Of a stretch of 62,028 bases of DNA, positions 49,550 through 59,723 are shown piece after piece; within the stretch, counting starts at the first letter, position 1, and each line of letters starts with the position of its first letter. A model generated the notes under the pieces. That model did not search any database, was not told where the DNA came from, and saw only the letters and a list, made by a program, of their open reading frames with translations. This DNA is from Gemmatimonadaceae bacterium (GTDB lineage: Bacteria; Gemmatimonadota; Gemmatimonadetes; Gemmatimonadales; Gemmatimonadaceae), in contig JBGAJQ010000020.1 of the NCBI GenBank assembly GCA_044224875.1, positions 1 through 62,028 of the forward strand, read 5' to 3'. The position numbers and the translations under genes are program-made.

Positions 49550-52500
49550 ATGCCGGGCCCAATTCCACGAAGGTACGTTAGGCAGGTGTACGTTCTTCGG
49601 CTCCTGAGTGTCGGCCTGTTGCTGTCGGCCGCGTGCACTCGGACTGCGGTGCCGGTGGCCGGGGCCGGCTATGACCCGTCAGCGACGGCACCAGCCGCCC
49701 AAGGCACGCTCTTCACGCGCCTGCCAGCCACGTACACGGGTGTGCGCTTCGCGAACATGCTCCGCGAGTCGCGCGACACGAACGTGTTCACGTACCGGAA
49801 TTTCTATAACGGTGGCGGCGTCGCGATTGGTGACCTCACCGGCGACGGACTCCCTGAGGTGGTCCTCTCGTCCAATCAAGACGGGACGCGGTTGTACCTG
49901 AACGAGGGGAAGTTCCGATTCCGTGACATCACCGCAGAGTCTGGATTGCACGATCGCGCCGTGTGGACCACGGGCGTCACCATGGCCGACGTGGATGGTG
50001 ACGGCCGTTTGGACATCTACATCTGCCATGCCGGCCAGACGGAACCGCAGCGCCGTGCCAACGCGCTCTGGATGAACGAGGGGCTCGGAAAGGACAGCCT
50101 ACCGCATTTTGTCGAAAAGGGAGAGGCCTTTGGCGTCGCGGATCGTGGGTATACCACCCACGCCGCCTTCCTCGACTACGATCGCGATGGCGACCTCGAT
50201 CTCTTCATCATCAACAACTCGCCGCGACCCGCCAGCTCCTTCGGCTTGCGGAATACGCGCAACGTCCGCGACCAGTTTGGTGGGCACAAGCTGTTTCGGA
50301 ATGACAACGGTCACTTCGTCGACGTGAGCGAGAAGGCTGGCATTTTCGGTAGTGAAATCGGCTTTGGCTTAGGGGTCGGCATCAGCGACGTGAATCGGGA
50401 TGGTTGGCCCGACCTCTACGTCTCCAACGACTTCTTCGAACAAGACTACCTCTACATCAACAGGCAGAACGGGACGTTCGACGAAAAGCTGAAGAGTGAG
50501 CTAGCGGTCAGCAGCTACTTCTCGATGGGGATGGACATCGGCGACTTGAACAACGATGGCTGGCCCGATGTGTTCACGACCGACATGCTCCCCGACGACG
50601 AGTATCGACTGCGCACCATGGCGTCGTTCGAAGGGTGGGACGTGTACCAGGCCAAGGTGCGCGGCGACTACGGGTACCAGCTGATGCGCAACATGCTGCA
50701 GCGCAACAATGGCGATGGTACGTTCAGCGATGTGGGACAGATGGCGGGGGTCGCGCGCACCGATTGGAGCTGGAGCGCGCTGATCGCGGACCTCGATCTC
50801 GATGGGCGCAATGACATTTACGTCACGAACGGTCTGGTGCACGACGTGACGTCGCAGGATTACATCGCGTTCCTGGCGAACAAGACGACGATGGAAGGCG
50901 CCACATCAGGAGGCGCGGTCGACTACATGAAGTTGATCAACGCCATGACCTCGACGCCGCTCGCGGACTTTGCCTTTCACAACCTTGGCAATCTCAACTT
51001 CCGAAATGAGGCGGCGGCGTGGGGGTTGGACAAGCCGTCATTCTCGAGTGGTGCGGCCTACGGCGACCTGGACGGCGATGGGGCGCCCGATCTGGTGGTC
51101 AACAACACGAACGATGAGGCATTCGTTTATCGCAACAACGCTCGCGCGTTGCATCCGACGAACCGCTACTTGCAGGTGCAACTCGACGGAAAGGGGGCGA
51201 ACCGGCGAGGCGTGGGCGCACGGGTGACCTTGACGGCCGGCAGCGACACGTTGACGCAGGAGCTGTTCCCGGCACGGGGCTTCCAATCGTCGGTGGACTA
51301 CGTGCTCGGCTTTGGCGTGGGCAACCACGACACCCTTTCGCAAGTACGTGTCGACTGGCCCGACGGTACGCGCAGCGAGTTGTCGCACGTCGCAGCGAAC
51401 CAACGCCTGACGATCAGTCAGACATCGTCGGCGCCGGCGGCCCCAGTCAGGGCTCGCACCGTGGCGCCATTGTTCACCGAGGTGACCAACGCCGGTTCCC
51501 TTCCCTTTGTGCACAAGGAGAACGACTTCGTGGATTTCGATCGGGAGCGCTTGATCCCGAAGCTTCTGTCCACGGAAGGGCCGATGATGGCCGTGGGGGA
51601 CGTGAACGGCGACCGCTTGGACGACGTGTACATCGGCGGCGCCAAGGAACAGCCGGGCGCCCTGCTGATCCAGCAGGCAAACGGCACGTTCACCAAGAGC
51701 AACAGCGAGGTGTTTGAGCTGGACGCAATCTCCGAAGACATCGGCGCGACCTTTTTCGACGCGGATGGCGATGGCGACCGGGACCTGTATGTGGTGAGTG
51801 GCGGGAATGAATTCGCCGATATCTCGCCCGGGCTCGCCGACCGGCTGTACCTCAACGACGGGCACGGCCGGTTCAGCAAGAGTGTGGGGCAACTGCCTGA
51901 CGAGACCTTCAGCGGCTCGCGCGTGGTTGCCACCGACTACGACGGCGACGGTGACATGGACCTGTTTGTCGGCGGCCGACTCGTGCCCTGGCGCTACGGG
52001 GAAAGCCCGACCAGCCTCCTGCTGCAGAACAACGGCCACGGCAAGTTCACCGACGTGGCGACGCAGCTCGCTCCGGACCTGGCGCACGTGGGCATGGTGA
52101 CCGACGCGGTGTGGCAGGACCTCAATGGCGACCGACGCCCGGACCTGATCGTGGTGGGCGAGTGGATGCCGATCACGATCTTCTACAACGCCGGTGGCGG
52201 GCGCCTCACGCGCGCGCAGGTGCCAGGGCTGGAGAAGAGCCACGGGTGGTGGAACAAGATCGCCGTCGGCGACTTTGATGCTGACGGTCGAGTCGATTTT
52301 GCCGTGGGCAACCTGGGCCTGAACACCCGCCTCCGCGCGTCGTTGACCGAACCGGTGACGATGCTCGTGAAGGACTTCGACGGCAACGGATACCTGAAGC
52401 AGATCGTCGCGTGTTACTGGCAGGGCAAGCAGTATCCACTCGTGCTGCGCGACGACTTGATCCGCGCCCTGCCTCCGCTCAAGACGCGTTTCCTGAACTA

Positions 52501-52987
52501 CCAGGACTACGGACGCGCGACGATGGACGACATCTTCCCCCAGAAAGACCGGTCCGGTGCGATCGAGCTGAAGGCCTTCACCTTTGCGAGCGCCATCGTG
52601 CATAACGATGGACGCGGCGCATTCACGCTCGTGCCGCTCCCGGACGAGGCTCAACTCGCTCCGATCTACGGCATCCTGCCGAGTGATGTGGATGGCGATG
52701 GCCGATTAGACCTGCTCCTCGCCGGAAACTTCGACGGGTTCAAGCCGGAGATCGGACGCGCCAGCGACGGCCGCGGACTCGTGCTCCTCGGTGACGGCAA
52801 CGGAAAATTCCGTGCAGCAACATCAGCCAGTGGATTCGTTGTTCCTGGCCAAGCACGCGACATCCAACGCGTGCGGACGCGTGGCGAGGAGTTGGTCGCC
52901 GTGGCGCGTAACAATGACCGACCACTTGTATTCCGTCCGACGTCGCGACGTGTGGCGTCGGCCGTTACCTCGCGTGAGGTTCGATGA
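49550..52987 (+). CDS. FG-GAP/VCBS-repeat lipoprotein with central ASPIC/UnbV domain (CRTAC1-like), copy 1
   Basis: Lipobox SAAC; YNGGGVAIGD, many DxDxDGxxD repeats, TDWSWS, GVGARV..RGFQSSVD..FGVG..V.WPDG, terminal VARNND; start uncertain. Confidence 0.9.
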   Translation: MPGPIPRRYVRQVYVLRLLSVGLLLSAACTRTAVPVAGAGYDPSATAPAAQGTLFTRLPATYTGVRFANMLRESRDTNVFTYRNFYNGGGVAIGDLTGDGLPEVVLSSNQDGTRLYLNEGKFRFRDITAESGLHDRAVWTTGVTMADVDGDGRLDIYICHAGQTEPQRRANALWMNEGLGKDSLPHFVEKGEAFGVADRGYTTHAAFLDYDRDGDLDLFIINNSPRPASSFGLRNTRNVRDQFGGHKLFRNDNGHFVDVSEKAGIFGSEIGFGLGVGISDVNRDGWPDLYVSNDFFEQDYLYINRQNGTFDEKLKSELAVSSYFSMGMDIGDLNNDGWPDVFTTDMLPDDEYRLRTMASFEGWDVYQAKVRGDYGYQLMRNMLQRNNGDGTFSDVGQMAGVARTDWSWSALIADLDLDGRNDIYVTNGLVHDVTSQDYIAFLANKTTMEGATSGGAVDYMKLINAMTSTPLADFAFHNLGNLNFRNEAAAWGLDKPSFSSGAAYGDLDGDGAPDLVVNNTNDEAFVYRNNARALHPTNRYLQVQLDGKGANRRGVGARVTLTAGSDTLTQELFPARGFQSSVDYVLGFGVGNHDTLSQVRVDWPDGTRSELSHVAANQRLTISQTSSAPAAPVRARTVAPLFTEVTNAGSLPFVHKENDFVDFDRERLIPKLLSTEGPMMAVGDVNGDRLDDVYIGGAKEQPGALLIQQANGTFTKSNSEVFELDAISEDIGATFFDADGDGDRDLYVVSGGNEFADISPGLADRLYLNDGHGRFSKSVGQLPDETFSGSRVVATDYDGDGDMDLFVGGRLVPWRYGESPTSLLLQNNGHGKFTDVATQLAPDLAHVGMVTDAVWQDLNGDRRPDLIVVGEWMPITIFYNAGGGRLTRAQVPGLEKSHGWWNKIAVGDFDADGRVDFAVGNLGLNTRLRASLTEPVTMLVKDFDGNGYLKQIVACYWQGKQYPLVLRDDLIRALPPLKTRFLNYQDYGRATMDDIFPQKDRSGAIELKAFTFASAIVHNDGRGAFTLVPLPDEAQLAPIYGILPSDVDGDGRLDLLLAGNFDGFKPEIGRASDGRGLVLLGDGNGKFRAATSASGFVVPGQARDIQRVRTRGEELVAVARNNDRPLVFRPTSRRVASAVTSREVR

Positions 52988-54375
52988 GCATCAAGACCAG
53001 CACGACACTCCTCGCGGCCCTGCTGGCACTCGGCGCCTGCGCCCGGCCAGCCACACCTCCCAGCGGGCAATCCGTGGATGCCACGACGCTGCACGACGCG
53101 GTGCACCAGCTGACGTCCGTCATCGTCTACGACATCTTCAGCCCCCCGCAGGCAAGCCGGGTATACGCCTACGCCAGCGTGGCGGCGTATGAGACGCTTC
53201 GCTTTGGAGACACGACGTACCGGTCCCTCGCTGGGCAGTTGCATGGACTGACGGCGGTGCCGGCGCCCCCAGCCAACGAGGACATTTCGTTGCCGCTGGC
53301 GGGCGTGCATGCTTTCATGATGGTGGCCAAGGCGCTCACGTTCTCGCAAGCGCGCATGGACTCCATGCGCGTCGCCATGGACGCGCGGTTCAAGGCCTCC
53401 GGCATTCCTGCCGCCATGTACCAACGCTCGATCGGTTATGGCGACACGGTCGCCGCCCGAATCCTGGCTTGGGCCGCGGCGGACGGCTTCAAGCAGTCGC
53501 GGGGAATGCCCAAGTACAGCGTGACCCGAGAACCCGGTCGGTGGATTCCCACACCACCTGGCTACATGGACGCCGTGGAGCCGAACTGGGGCTCGCTGCG
53601 CCCCTTCGTGCTCGACAGCTCCTCCCAATTCCGGCCGGCTTCACCGCTACCATACAGCCTGGCGAAGAGCAGTCCGTTCTTCAAGCAGGCCATGGAGGTG
53701 TACACGACGGGCAAGGGACTTACGGAGGAGCAGCGCGCGATCGCTGCCTTCTGGGACTGCAATCCGTACGTGATGCACGTCCAAGGGCACACGATGTTCG
53801 CGACGAAGAAGATCACGCCGGGCGGCCACTGGATGGGCATTGTAGGCCTCGCGTCCCGGCAGGTGAACGCCGACATCTTGCGGAGCGCGGATGCCTATGC
53901 GCGGACGGCGGTGGCCTTGGCGGACGGGTTTATCAGCGTGTGGGACGCGAAGTATTGGACCAACTATATCCGGCCAGAAACGGTCATCAACCAGAACGTC
54001 GACGATCAATGGATGCCCCTGCTCCAAACGCCGCCGTTTCCCGAGTACACGAGCGGACACAGCGTGATCTCAACTGCCGCGGCTCGCGTGCTGACGGACG
54101 TTTTCGGCGACAACTTCGCGTTCACCGACTCTACGGAGATGGAGTACGGCCTGCCGGTTCGGTCCTTCCCTTCGTTTAACGCGGCGGCGAGCGAGGCGGC
54201 AATCAGTCGCTTGTACGGCGGCATCCACTTCCGCCAGGCGATCGAGGAAGGGCAAAAGGAGGGTGCAAAGGTTGGTGCGCTCGTGATCGAACGCGTCCAC
54301 ACGCGGCCCTCGTCCATGGCAGCGACAGGAGCTTCCACGACGGCATCGGCTCCCGTGGCGAATGGCAAGCCGTAG
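52984..54375 (+). CDS. vanadium-dependent haloperoxidase / PAP2-superfamily lipoprotein
   Basis: Lipobox LGAC; K-x6-RP (KYWTNYIRP-type), TPPFPEYTSGHS, SRLYGGIHF, FWD, TPGGHW. Confidence 0.85.
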   Translation: MSIKTSTTLLAALLALGACARPATPPSGQSVDATTLHDAVHQLTSVIVYDIFSPPQASRVYAYASVAAYETLRFGDTTYRSLAGQLHGLTAVPAPPANEDISLPLAGVHAFMMVAKALTFSQARMDSMRVAMDARFKASGIPAAMYQRSIGYGDTVAARILAWAAADGFKQSRGMPKYSVTREPGRWIPTPPGYMDAVEPNWGSLRPFVLDSSSQFRPASPLPYSLAKSSPFFKQAMEVYTTGKGLTEEQRAIAAFWDCNPYVMHVQGHTMFATKKITPGGHWMGIVGLASRQVNADILRSADAYARTAVALADGFISVWDAKYWTNYIRPETVINQNVDDQWMPLLQTPPFPEYTSGHSVISTAAARVLTDVFGDNFAFTDSTEMEYGLPVRSFPSFNAAASEAAISRLYGGIHFRQAIEEGQKEGAKVGALVIERVHTRPSSMAATGASTTASAPVANGKP

Positions 54376-57300
54376 GTCCTTCGCCGCGTTGTGGCTGGCG
54401 CTGGTGGCGTGCAGCTGCCAACGACCGCCAGTGCCCACCGCGGCGAAGGAGCCGGCCCTCTTTGAGCGGCTCGCGCCATCGGCGACGGGAGTGACGTTCG
54501 AGAACACGCTGCCAGAGAGCACCGACTTCAACATCCTCAACTACCTCTACTACTACAACGGCGGCGGTGTGGCTGTCGGCGATGTCGATGGCAACGGCTA
54601 TCCCGACCTGTACTTCTCGTCCAATCTTGGCCCTAATCGGTTGTACCTGAACAAGGGCGGGTACGTCTTCGAGGACGCCACGGAGGCCGCCGGGGTGAAG
54701 GGGCCGGAGGGATGGAAGACCGGCGTGGCGATGGCCGACGTAGATGGCGACGGGGACCTCGATCTCTTTTTGTGCGCCGTCAGCTACCTCACGATGCACG
54801 GCCGGAACGTGCTCTACATCAACGACGGGCACGGACACTTTGTCGATCGGACGCAGGAGTTCGGGCTGGAGTTCGCTGGATATTCCACGCAGGCGCTGTT
54901 CTTCGACTACGACAGGGACGGCGACCTGGACATGTACCTGCTCAACCACTCGACCCACATCGAGCGCGGCATCGAGCCCGCCCTGCGGAACACCAGGGCC
55001 TCGCCATCGGCCGACCGGTTGTATCGCAACGATCACTCACGCTTTGTGGATGTGTCCGTATCGGCGGGTATCGCCGACGGCGTAGGCGGATTTGGCCTGG
55101 GTGTCGTGGCCAGCGACTTCAACGGCGATGGCTGCCCCGACGTGTATGTCGCCAACGATTTCCAGGAAAACGATTTCCTGTACGTCAATCAGTGCGACGG
55201 AACGTTCAAGGAGTCCGTCACCGGGGCCATGTCCCACACCAGCCGCTTTTCCATGGGTGTGGATGCCGCTGACATGAACAACGATGGGCTCCCCGATGTG
55301 GTCGTGGCCGACATGCTTCCCGAGCGGGAAGCGATCTTCAAGACGTCCGCCAGCTACGAAGGCGCGAACTTGTTCGACGCACGGCTGCGGGCAGGCTATA
55401 TGCCGCAGTATCCCCGAAACACCCTGCAGCTGAATCGTGGGGACGGCCGCTTCAGCGAGATCGGGTACCTGAGTGGCGTCCACGCCACCGATTGGAGTTG
55501 GGCACCCTTGTTTGCCGACCTGGACGACGACGGGCGCAAGGACCTGTTTGTCTCGAGCGGCATTTACCGGCGCCCGAACGATCTCGACTACATCAACTAC
55601 GTCGGCAATGAACAAGTACAGGCGACGTTAGGCACGACGATCACGGAAGCCAACCTCGCCTTGCTCAAGCGCATGCCGCAGATTGCGCTGGCAAGCCACG
55701 CCTTCCGGAACGACGGAGACCTGCATTTCACGGACATGGCGGCCGCGTGGGGACTCGGCGAGGTGGGGTACGCCAATGGCGCTGCCTATGCGGACCTGAA
55801 CAACTCCGGCTCGTTGGACCTGATCGTGAACATGATCAATGCGCCGGCGGCGATCTATCGCAACCGTGGCCGAACACGCACCGGTAATAACTCCCTGACC
55901 CTGCAGCTCCGCGGCGCCGGCGGCAATAGCTCGGGGATTGGCGCTCGCGTCATGGTTGTTGCTGGCGGTACGCGCCAATGGTACGAACAACTGCTCACAC
56001 GTGGCTTTCAGTCATCCGTTGACCCTCGCCTGCACATCGGCTTGGGCAGGTCGCCGTCCGTGGACTCGCTGGTGGTAGTATGGCCGGACGGCCGCCAGCA
56101 GGTGCTGACGGGTCTGCCAGCGAATCGTGCCATTACGCTCGTGCAGGACAGCGCTCACGCGGCTCCGGCGCCGACGAGGGCTCGGGCGACACCCGTGCTG
56201 GAGGACATCACGGCCACCGTGGGCGCCACAGCGACGCATGAGGAAGACGGGTTCCTTGACTGGAATCGCGAGCCGCTCATGACGCACCTCCTTTCCACGG
56301 AGGGGCCTGCCCTGGCCGTCGGCGACGTCAACGGAGATGGACTCGACGACGTCTTCCTCGGCGGCGCCAAGTGGCATGCTGGGCAGTTGTTGTTGCAGCA
56401 GGCGAATGGCGGCTTCAGAGCGTCGCCACAAAGGGCCTTCCAGGCAGATTCGCTCGCTGAGGATGTGGATGCCGTGCTCTTCGATGCCGACGGCGACGGG
56501 GACAAGGACCTGTACGTCGTAAGTGGCGGCAGCGAGTTCTGGGGGGAATCCGACGCGCTGCGGGACCGCTTGTACCTCAATGACGGCAAGGGCGCGTTCA
56601 CCCGCGATGTCGGAGCGCTGCCCGCGATCTTCGGTAATGGGGGTTGTGTTGCGGCTGCCGATTTTGACCGGGACGGTGACATCGACCTGTTCGTCGGTGC
56701 CCGCTCGGTGCCCCGTGCGTACGGCACCACGCCGAAGAGCCACCTGCTGCGCAACGATGGCCACGGCCACTTTGCGGATGTGACCGACCAAATTGCCCCC
56801 GGACTTGGCGGCGTCGGCATGGTGACGGCGGCGACTTGGGTGGATACCGATGGCGATGGACACGAGGACCTGGTGGTCGTAGGCGAGTGGATGCCCGTTA
56901 CCGTGTTCCGTCAGGCTCAAGGGTCGTTTGAGAATGCGACGCCCCGTGCCGGATTCGCCGGAACCGAGGGGTGGTGGACCAGCGTCGTCGCCGCCGACAT
57001 CACCGGCGACGGAAAGCCCGAATTGGTACTCGGGAACCTGGGTCGCAATTCCTATGTCCGAGCCAGTGCGAAGCAGCCAGCACAACTCCTTGTCGCCGAC
57101 TTCGGCAACACCGGCGCCATCAAGCAACTCTTGACGTTCTTCAACGGGGGGGTGAGTTATCCCCTCGCCGGACGTGACGAGCTGGTGAAGCTGATACCGT
57201 CCTTGCGCCAGCGATTCCCGAATTACTCGGACTTTGGCGCAAGCCGGGTGGAGGACATCTTCTCGTCGGCGGAGCGGTCGACCGCATTGGTTCGTAGCGC

Positions 57301-57679
57301 GCATACGTTCGAGAGTGCGGTGGCGGTGAACCGTGGCGATGGGACGTTTGCCTTGCGGGCGCTCCCCGTAGAGGCGCAGTTTGCGCCGATCTACGCGAGC
57401 CTGGTGCGCGACTTTGACGGCGACGGCACCGTGGACCTGCTGGTCGGTGGCAACTTCTTTGGCGTGGCGCCGGTGATTGGCCGCTACGATGCGTCGTTTG
57501 GTTTGTTGATGAAGGGCCACGGTGACGGCACGTTCACCGCCGTGCCTCCGGACCAGAGCGGTGTGGCCATCGCTGGTCAGGTGCGGGACTTCAAGATGGT
57601 TGCGCGCGCACACGGAGAGCACTTGGTGGCGGTGGCGCGCAACAACGATAGGTTGCTGTTTCTTCGCTCGCCCCGGTAG
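54362..57679 (+). CDS. FG-GAP/VCBS-repeat lipoprotein with central ASPIC/UnbV domain, copy 2
   Basis: Lipobox-like VAC/CSC; YYYNGGGVAVGD, SMGVD.AD.NNDG, TDWSWA, GIGARV..RGFQSSVD.RLHIGLG, VARNND. Confidence 0.9.
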   Translation: MASRRSFAALWLALVACSCQRPPVPTAAKEPALFERLAPSATGVTFENTLPESTDFNILNYLYYYNGGGVAVGDVDGNGYPDLYFSSNLGPNRLYLNKGGYVFEDATEAAGVKGPEGWKTGVAMADVDGDGDLDLFLCAVSYLTMHGRNVLYINDGHGHFVDRTQEFGLEFAGYSTQALFFDYDRDGDLDMYLLNHSTHIERGIEPALRNTRASPSADRLYRNDHSRFVDVSVSAGIADGVGGFGLGVVASDFNGDGCPDVYVANDFQENDFLYVNQCDGTFKESVTGAMSHTSRFSMGVDAADMNNDGLPDVVVADMLPEREAIFKTSASYEGANLFDARLRAGYMPQYPRNTLQLNRGDGRFSEIGYLSGVHATDWSWAPLFADLDDDGRKDLFVSSGIYRRPNDLDYINYVGNEQVQATLGTTITEANLALLKRMPQIALASHAFRNDGDLHFTDMAAAWGLGEVGYANGAAYADLNNSGSLDLIVNMINAPAAIYRNRGRTRTGNNSLTLQLRGAGGNSSGIGARVMVVAGGTRQWYEQLLTRGFQSSVDPRLHIGLGRSPSVDSLVVVWPDGRQQVLTGLPANRAITLVQDSAHAAPAPTRARATPVLEDITATVGATATHEEDGFLDWNREPLMTHLLSTEGPALAVGDVNGDGLDDVFLGGAKWHAGQLLLQQANGGFRASPQRAFQADSLAEDVDAVLFDADGDGDKDLYVVSGGSEFWGESDALRDRLYLNDGKGAFTRDVGALPAIFGNGGCVAAADFDRDGDIDLFVGARSVPRAYGTTPKSHLLRNDGHGHFADVTDQIAPGLGGVGMVTAATWVDTDGDGHEDLVVVGEWMPVTVFRQAQGSFENATPRAGFAGTEGWWTSVVAADITGDGKPELVLGNLGRNSYVRASAKQPAQLLVADFGNTGAIKQLLTFFNGGVSYPLAGRDELVKLIPSLRQRFPNYSDFGASRVEDIFSSAERSTALVRSAHTFESAVAVNRGDGTFALRALPVEAQFAPIYASLVRDFDGDGTVDLLVGGNFFGVAPVIGRYDASFGLLMKGHGDGTFTAVPPDQSGVAIAGQVRDFKMVARAHGEHLVAVARNNDRLLFLRSPR

Positions 57680-57718
57680 TCCAACGTACCTAACGTCGTC
57701 CACCACAACGAGGACTCG

Positions 57719-59467
57719 ATGCCGGTTACGAACCTGACGATCGTCGACTACGTGGTCATGGCCAGCTATTTCGTCGTGGTGCTGGGCATTGGCTGGGCGT
57801 TGCGACGCCGCATGCAGACGTCCACGGACTTCTTCCTGTCGGGCCGGTCGCTGCCACCGTGGGTGACCGGGTTGGCGTTCCTGTCGGCGAACCTTGGGGC
57901 GCAGGAAGTGATCGGCATGGGAGCGTCCGGCGCGAAGTACGGCATCGCCACCTCGCACTTCTACTGGGTCGGAGCCATTCCGGCGATGGTCTTCGTCGGC
58001 TTGTTCATGATGCCGTTCTACTACGGGTCGCGGGCTCGGTCTGTACCGGAGTACCTGAAGCTGCGCTTCGACGAGAAGACCCGGACGTTGAACGCGGTGT
58101 CGTTTGCGTTCATGACGGTGTTTTCGTCGGGCGTGTCCATGTATGCGATGGGCAAGTTGTTGAACCTGTTGTTAGGCTGGGACTTCGACACCAGCGTCAT
58201 AGCCTCGGCGGGCATCGTCCTGGCGTACGTGCTGCTGGGCGGCCTGACGAGTGCCATTTACAACGAAGTGCTGCAGTTCTTCATGATCGTGTTCGGCTTT
58301 GCGCCGCTGGTGTGGATCGGCCTGCGCGCCGTTGGCGGCTGGAACGGCCTCACCACCAAGTTGGCGACTGTGGCCGCTGCCCGCGGACTTCCCGAGGGCG
58401 CATACACGCATGCGTGGCAGGGCATGGGCAGCGCCGCGACCAACCCGATTGGTGTGGAATGGTTCGGATTGGTGATGGGGCTTGGGTTCGTGCTTTCCTT
58501 CGGGTACTGGTGCACAGACTTTCTGGTGGTGCAGCGCGCGATGGCCGCCGACTCGATGACGGCCTCGCGACGCACGCCTCTGATCGCCGCGATCCCGAAG
58601 ATGATGTTTCCGTTCCTCGTGATCCTGCCTGGGATGATCGCGCTGGTGTTGAGTGCCAGCGGTGGCGCTGGCCAAGGCATCATTCCCCCAAAACTCGGCG
58701 CCGATGGCGCCGCGGTGATGGATGCCGCCGGCCGCATGGTCTTGGACTACGACCTGGCCACGCCGATGATGCTGGTGAAGCTGTTTCCGACCGGGATGCT
58801 GGGCTTGGGGCTAACCGCGCTGATCGCGTCGTTCATGTCCGGGATGGCGGGGAACGTGACCGCCTTCAACACCGTGTGGACATACGACATCTACCAGGCC
58901 CACATCCGCAAGGGCGCATCGGACGCGCACTACCTGTGGATGGGGCGGGTCGCCACGGTCGGTGGGATCATGCTCTCTGTTGCAGCTGCCTATGTGGCCG
59001 GCGCCTTCAACAACATCATGGACTTCCTGCAGCTGGTGTTTGCCTTTGTGAATGCGCCGCTGTTTGCGACGTTTGCCCTTGGCATGTTCTGGAAGCGCAG
59101 CACAGGGCACGGCGCATTCTGGGGCCTGGTGTCTGGGACGGCAGCGGCCGCGATCCATCATGGGGTCTCCCTGGCCGCCGGGTCGGCGCCCGGGATCAAG
59201 GGCGGGTACTTTGGCCACGTCCTTACCTACCCGAGCGAGATGGCGCAGACCTTCTGGACGGCCATTGCGGCATTCACGACCTGTTGCGTGATGACCATGA
59301 TCGTCTCGCTGGCCACGAAGCCGCGACCGGACTCCGAGCTGACCGGCTTGGTGTACGCGCTGACACCGCGGCCCACCGACGAGAAGCTGGAGTGGATTCA
59401 ACGGCCCGCCGTGCTCGGAACGCTGGTGTTGCTGCTGACGCTGACCCTGAACTTCCTCTTCTTCTAG
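57719..59467 (+). CDS. sodium:solute symporter (SGLT-like sugar/polyol type)
   Basis: DFFLSGRSLP.W, SANLGAQE, SVPEYLKLRFD, YWCTDFLVVQRAMAA, TAFNTVWTYDIY. Confidence 0.92.
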   Translation: MPVTNLTIVDYVVMASYFVVVLGIGWALRRRMQTSTDFFLSGRSLPPWVTGLAFLSANLGAQEVIGMGASGAKYGIATSHFYWVGAIPAMVFVGLFMMPFYYGSRARSVPEYLKLRFDEKTRTLNAVSFAFMTVFSSGVSMYAMGKLLNLLLGWDFDTSVIASAGIVLAYVLLGGLTSAIYNEVLQFFMIVFGFAPLVWIGLRAVGGWNGLTTKLATVAAARGLPEGAYTHAWQGMGSAATNPIGVEWFGLVMGLGFVLSFGYWCTDFLVVQRAMAADSMTASRRTPLIAAIPKMMFPFLVILPGMIALVLSASGGAGQGIIPPKLGADGAAVMDAAGRMVLDYDLATPMMLVKLFPTGMLGLGLTALIASFMSGMAGNVTAFNTVWTYDIYQAHIRKGASDAHYLWMGRVATVGGIMLSVAAAYVAGAFNNIMDFLQLVFAFVNAPLFATFALGMFWKRSTGHGAFWGLVSGTAAAAIHHGVSLAAGSAPGIKGGYFGHVLTYPSEMAQTFWTAIAAFTTCCVMTMIVSLATKPRPDSELTGLVYALTPRPTDEKLEWIQRPAVLGTLVLLLTLTLNFLFF

Positions 59468-59483
59468 GACGCGGAGGCATTCC

Positions 59484-59723
59484 ATGAGCGCTGCTGGCGG
59501 GCTGGACCTGCGTTTTCCGATCGGTGGGCTGTTCGTCGTCCTGGGTGTGATCCTCGGGGGCTATGGGATTGCCACCGGTGGCAACACGGAGATGTACCAA
59601 CGGTCGACGTCGATCAACATCAACCTGTGGTGGGGCGTGGTGATGCTGGCCTTTGGCCTGCTGTTCCTGTTGCTGGCCTGGCAGGGGGCCCGCGCTGACC
59701 AGGAAAAGCCGACTGCGCGTTAG
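59484..59723 (+). CDS. small 2-TM protein accompanying the SSS transporter
   Basis: GGAGG RBS; LDLRFPIGGLF.VLG...ININLWWG.VML.FG. Confidence 0.8.
   Translation: MSAAGGLDLRFPIGGLFVVLGVILGGYGIATGGNTEMYQRSTSININLWWGVVMLAFGLLFLLLAWQGARADQEKPTAR

Noticed and set aside
49550..57679. Recurring GACGGCGACGG-type DNA repeats
   Set aside because: Explained by the encoded DxDGDG FG-GAP repeats and by paralogy of the two VCBS genes.
51038..59487. Long alternative ORFs (51038..52654 -, 56012..57958 -, 57859..59487 +, and similar ones such as 30877..32058 - and 33912..35084 -)
   Set aside because: They are antisense or shifted shadows of well-supported genes, expected in high-GC DNA; Arg/His/Val-rich with no motifs.
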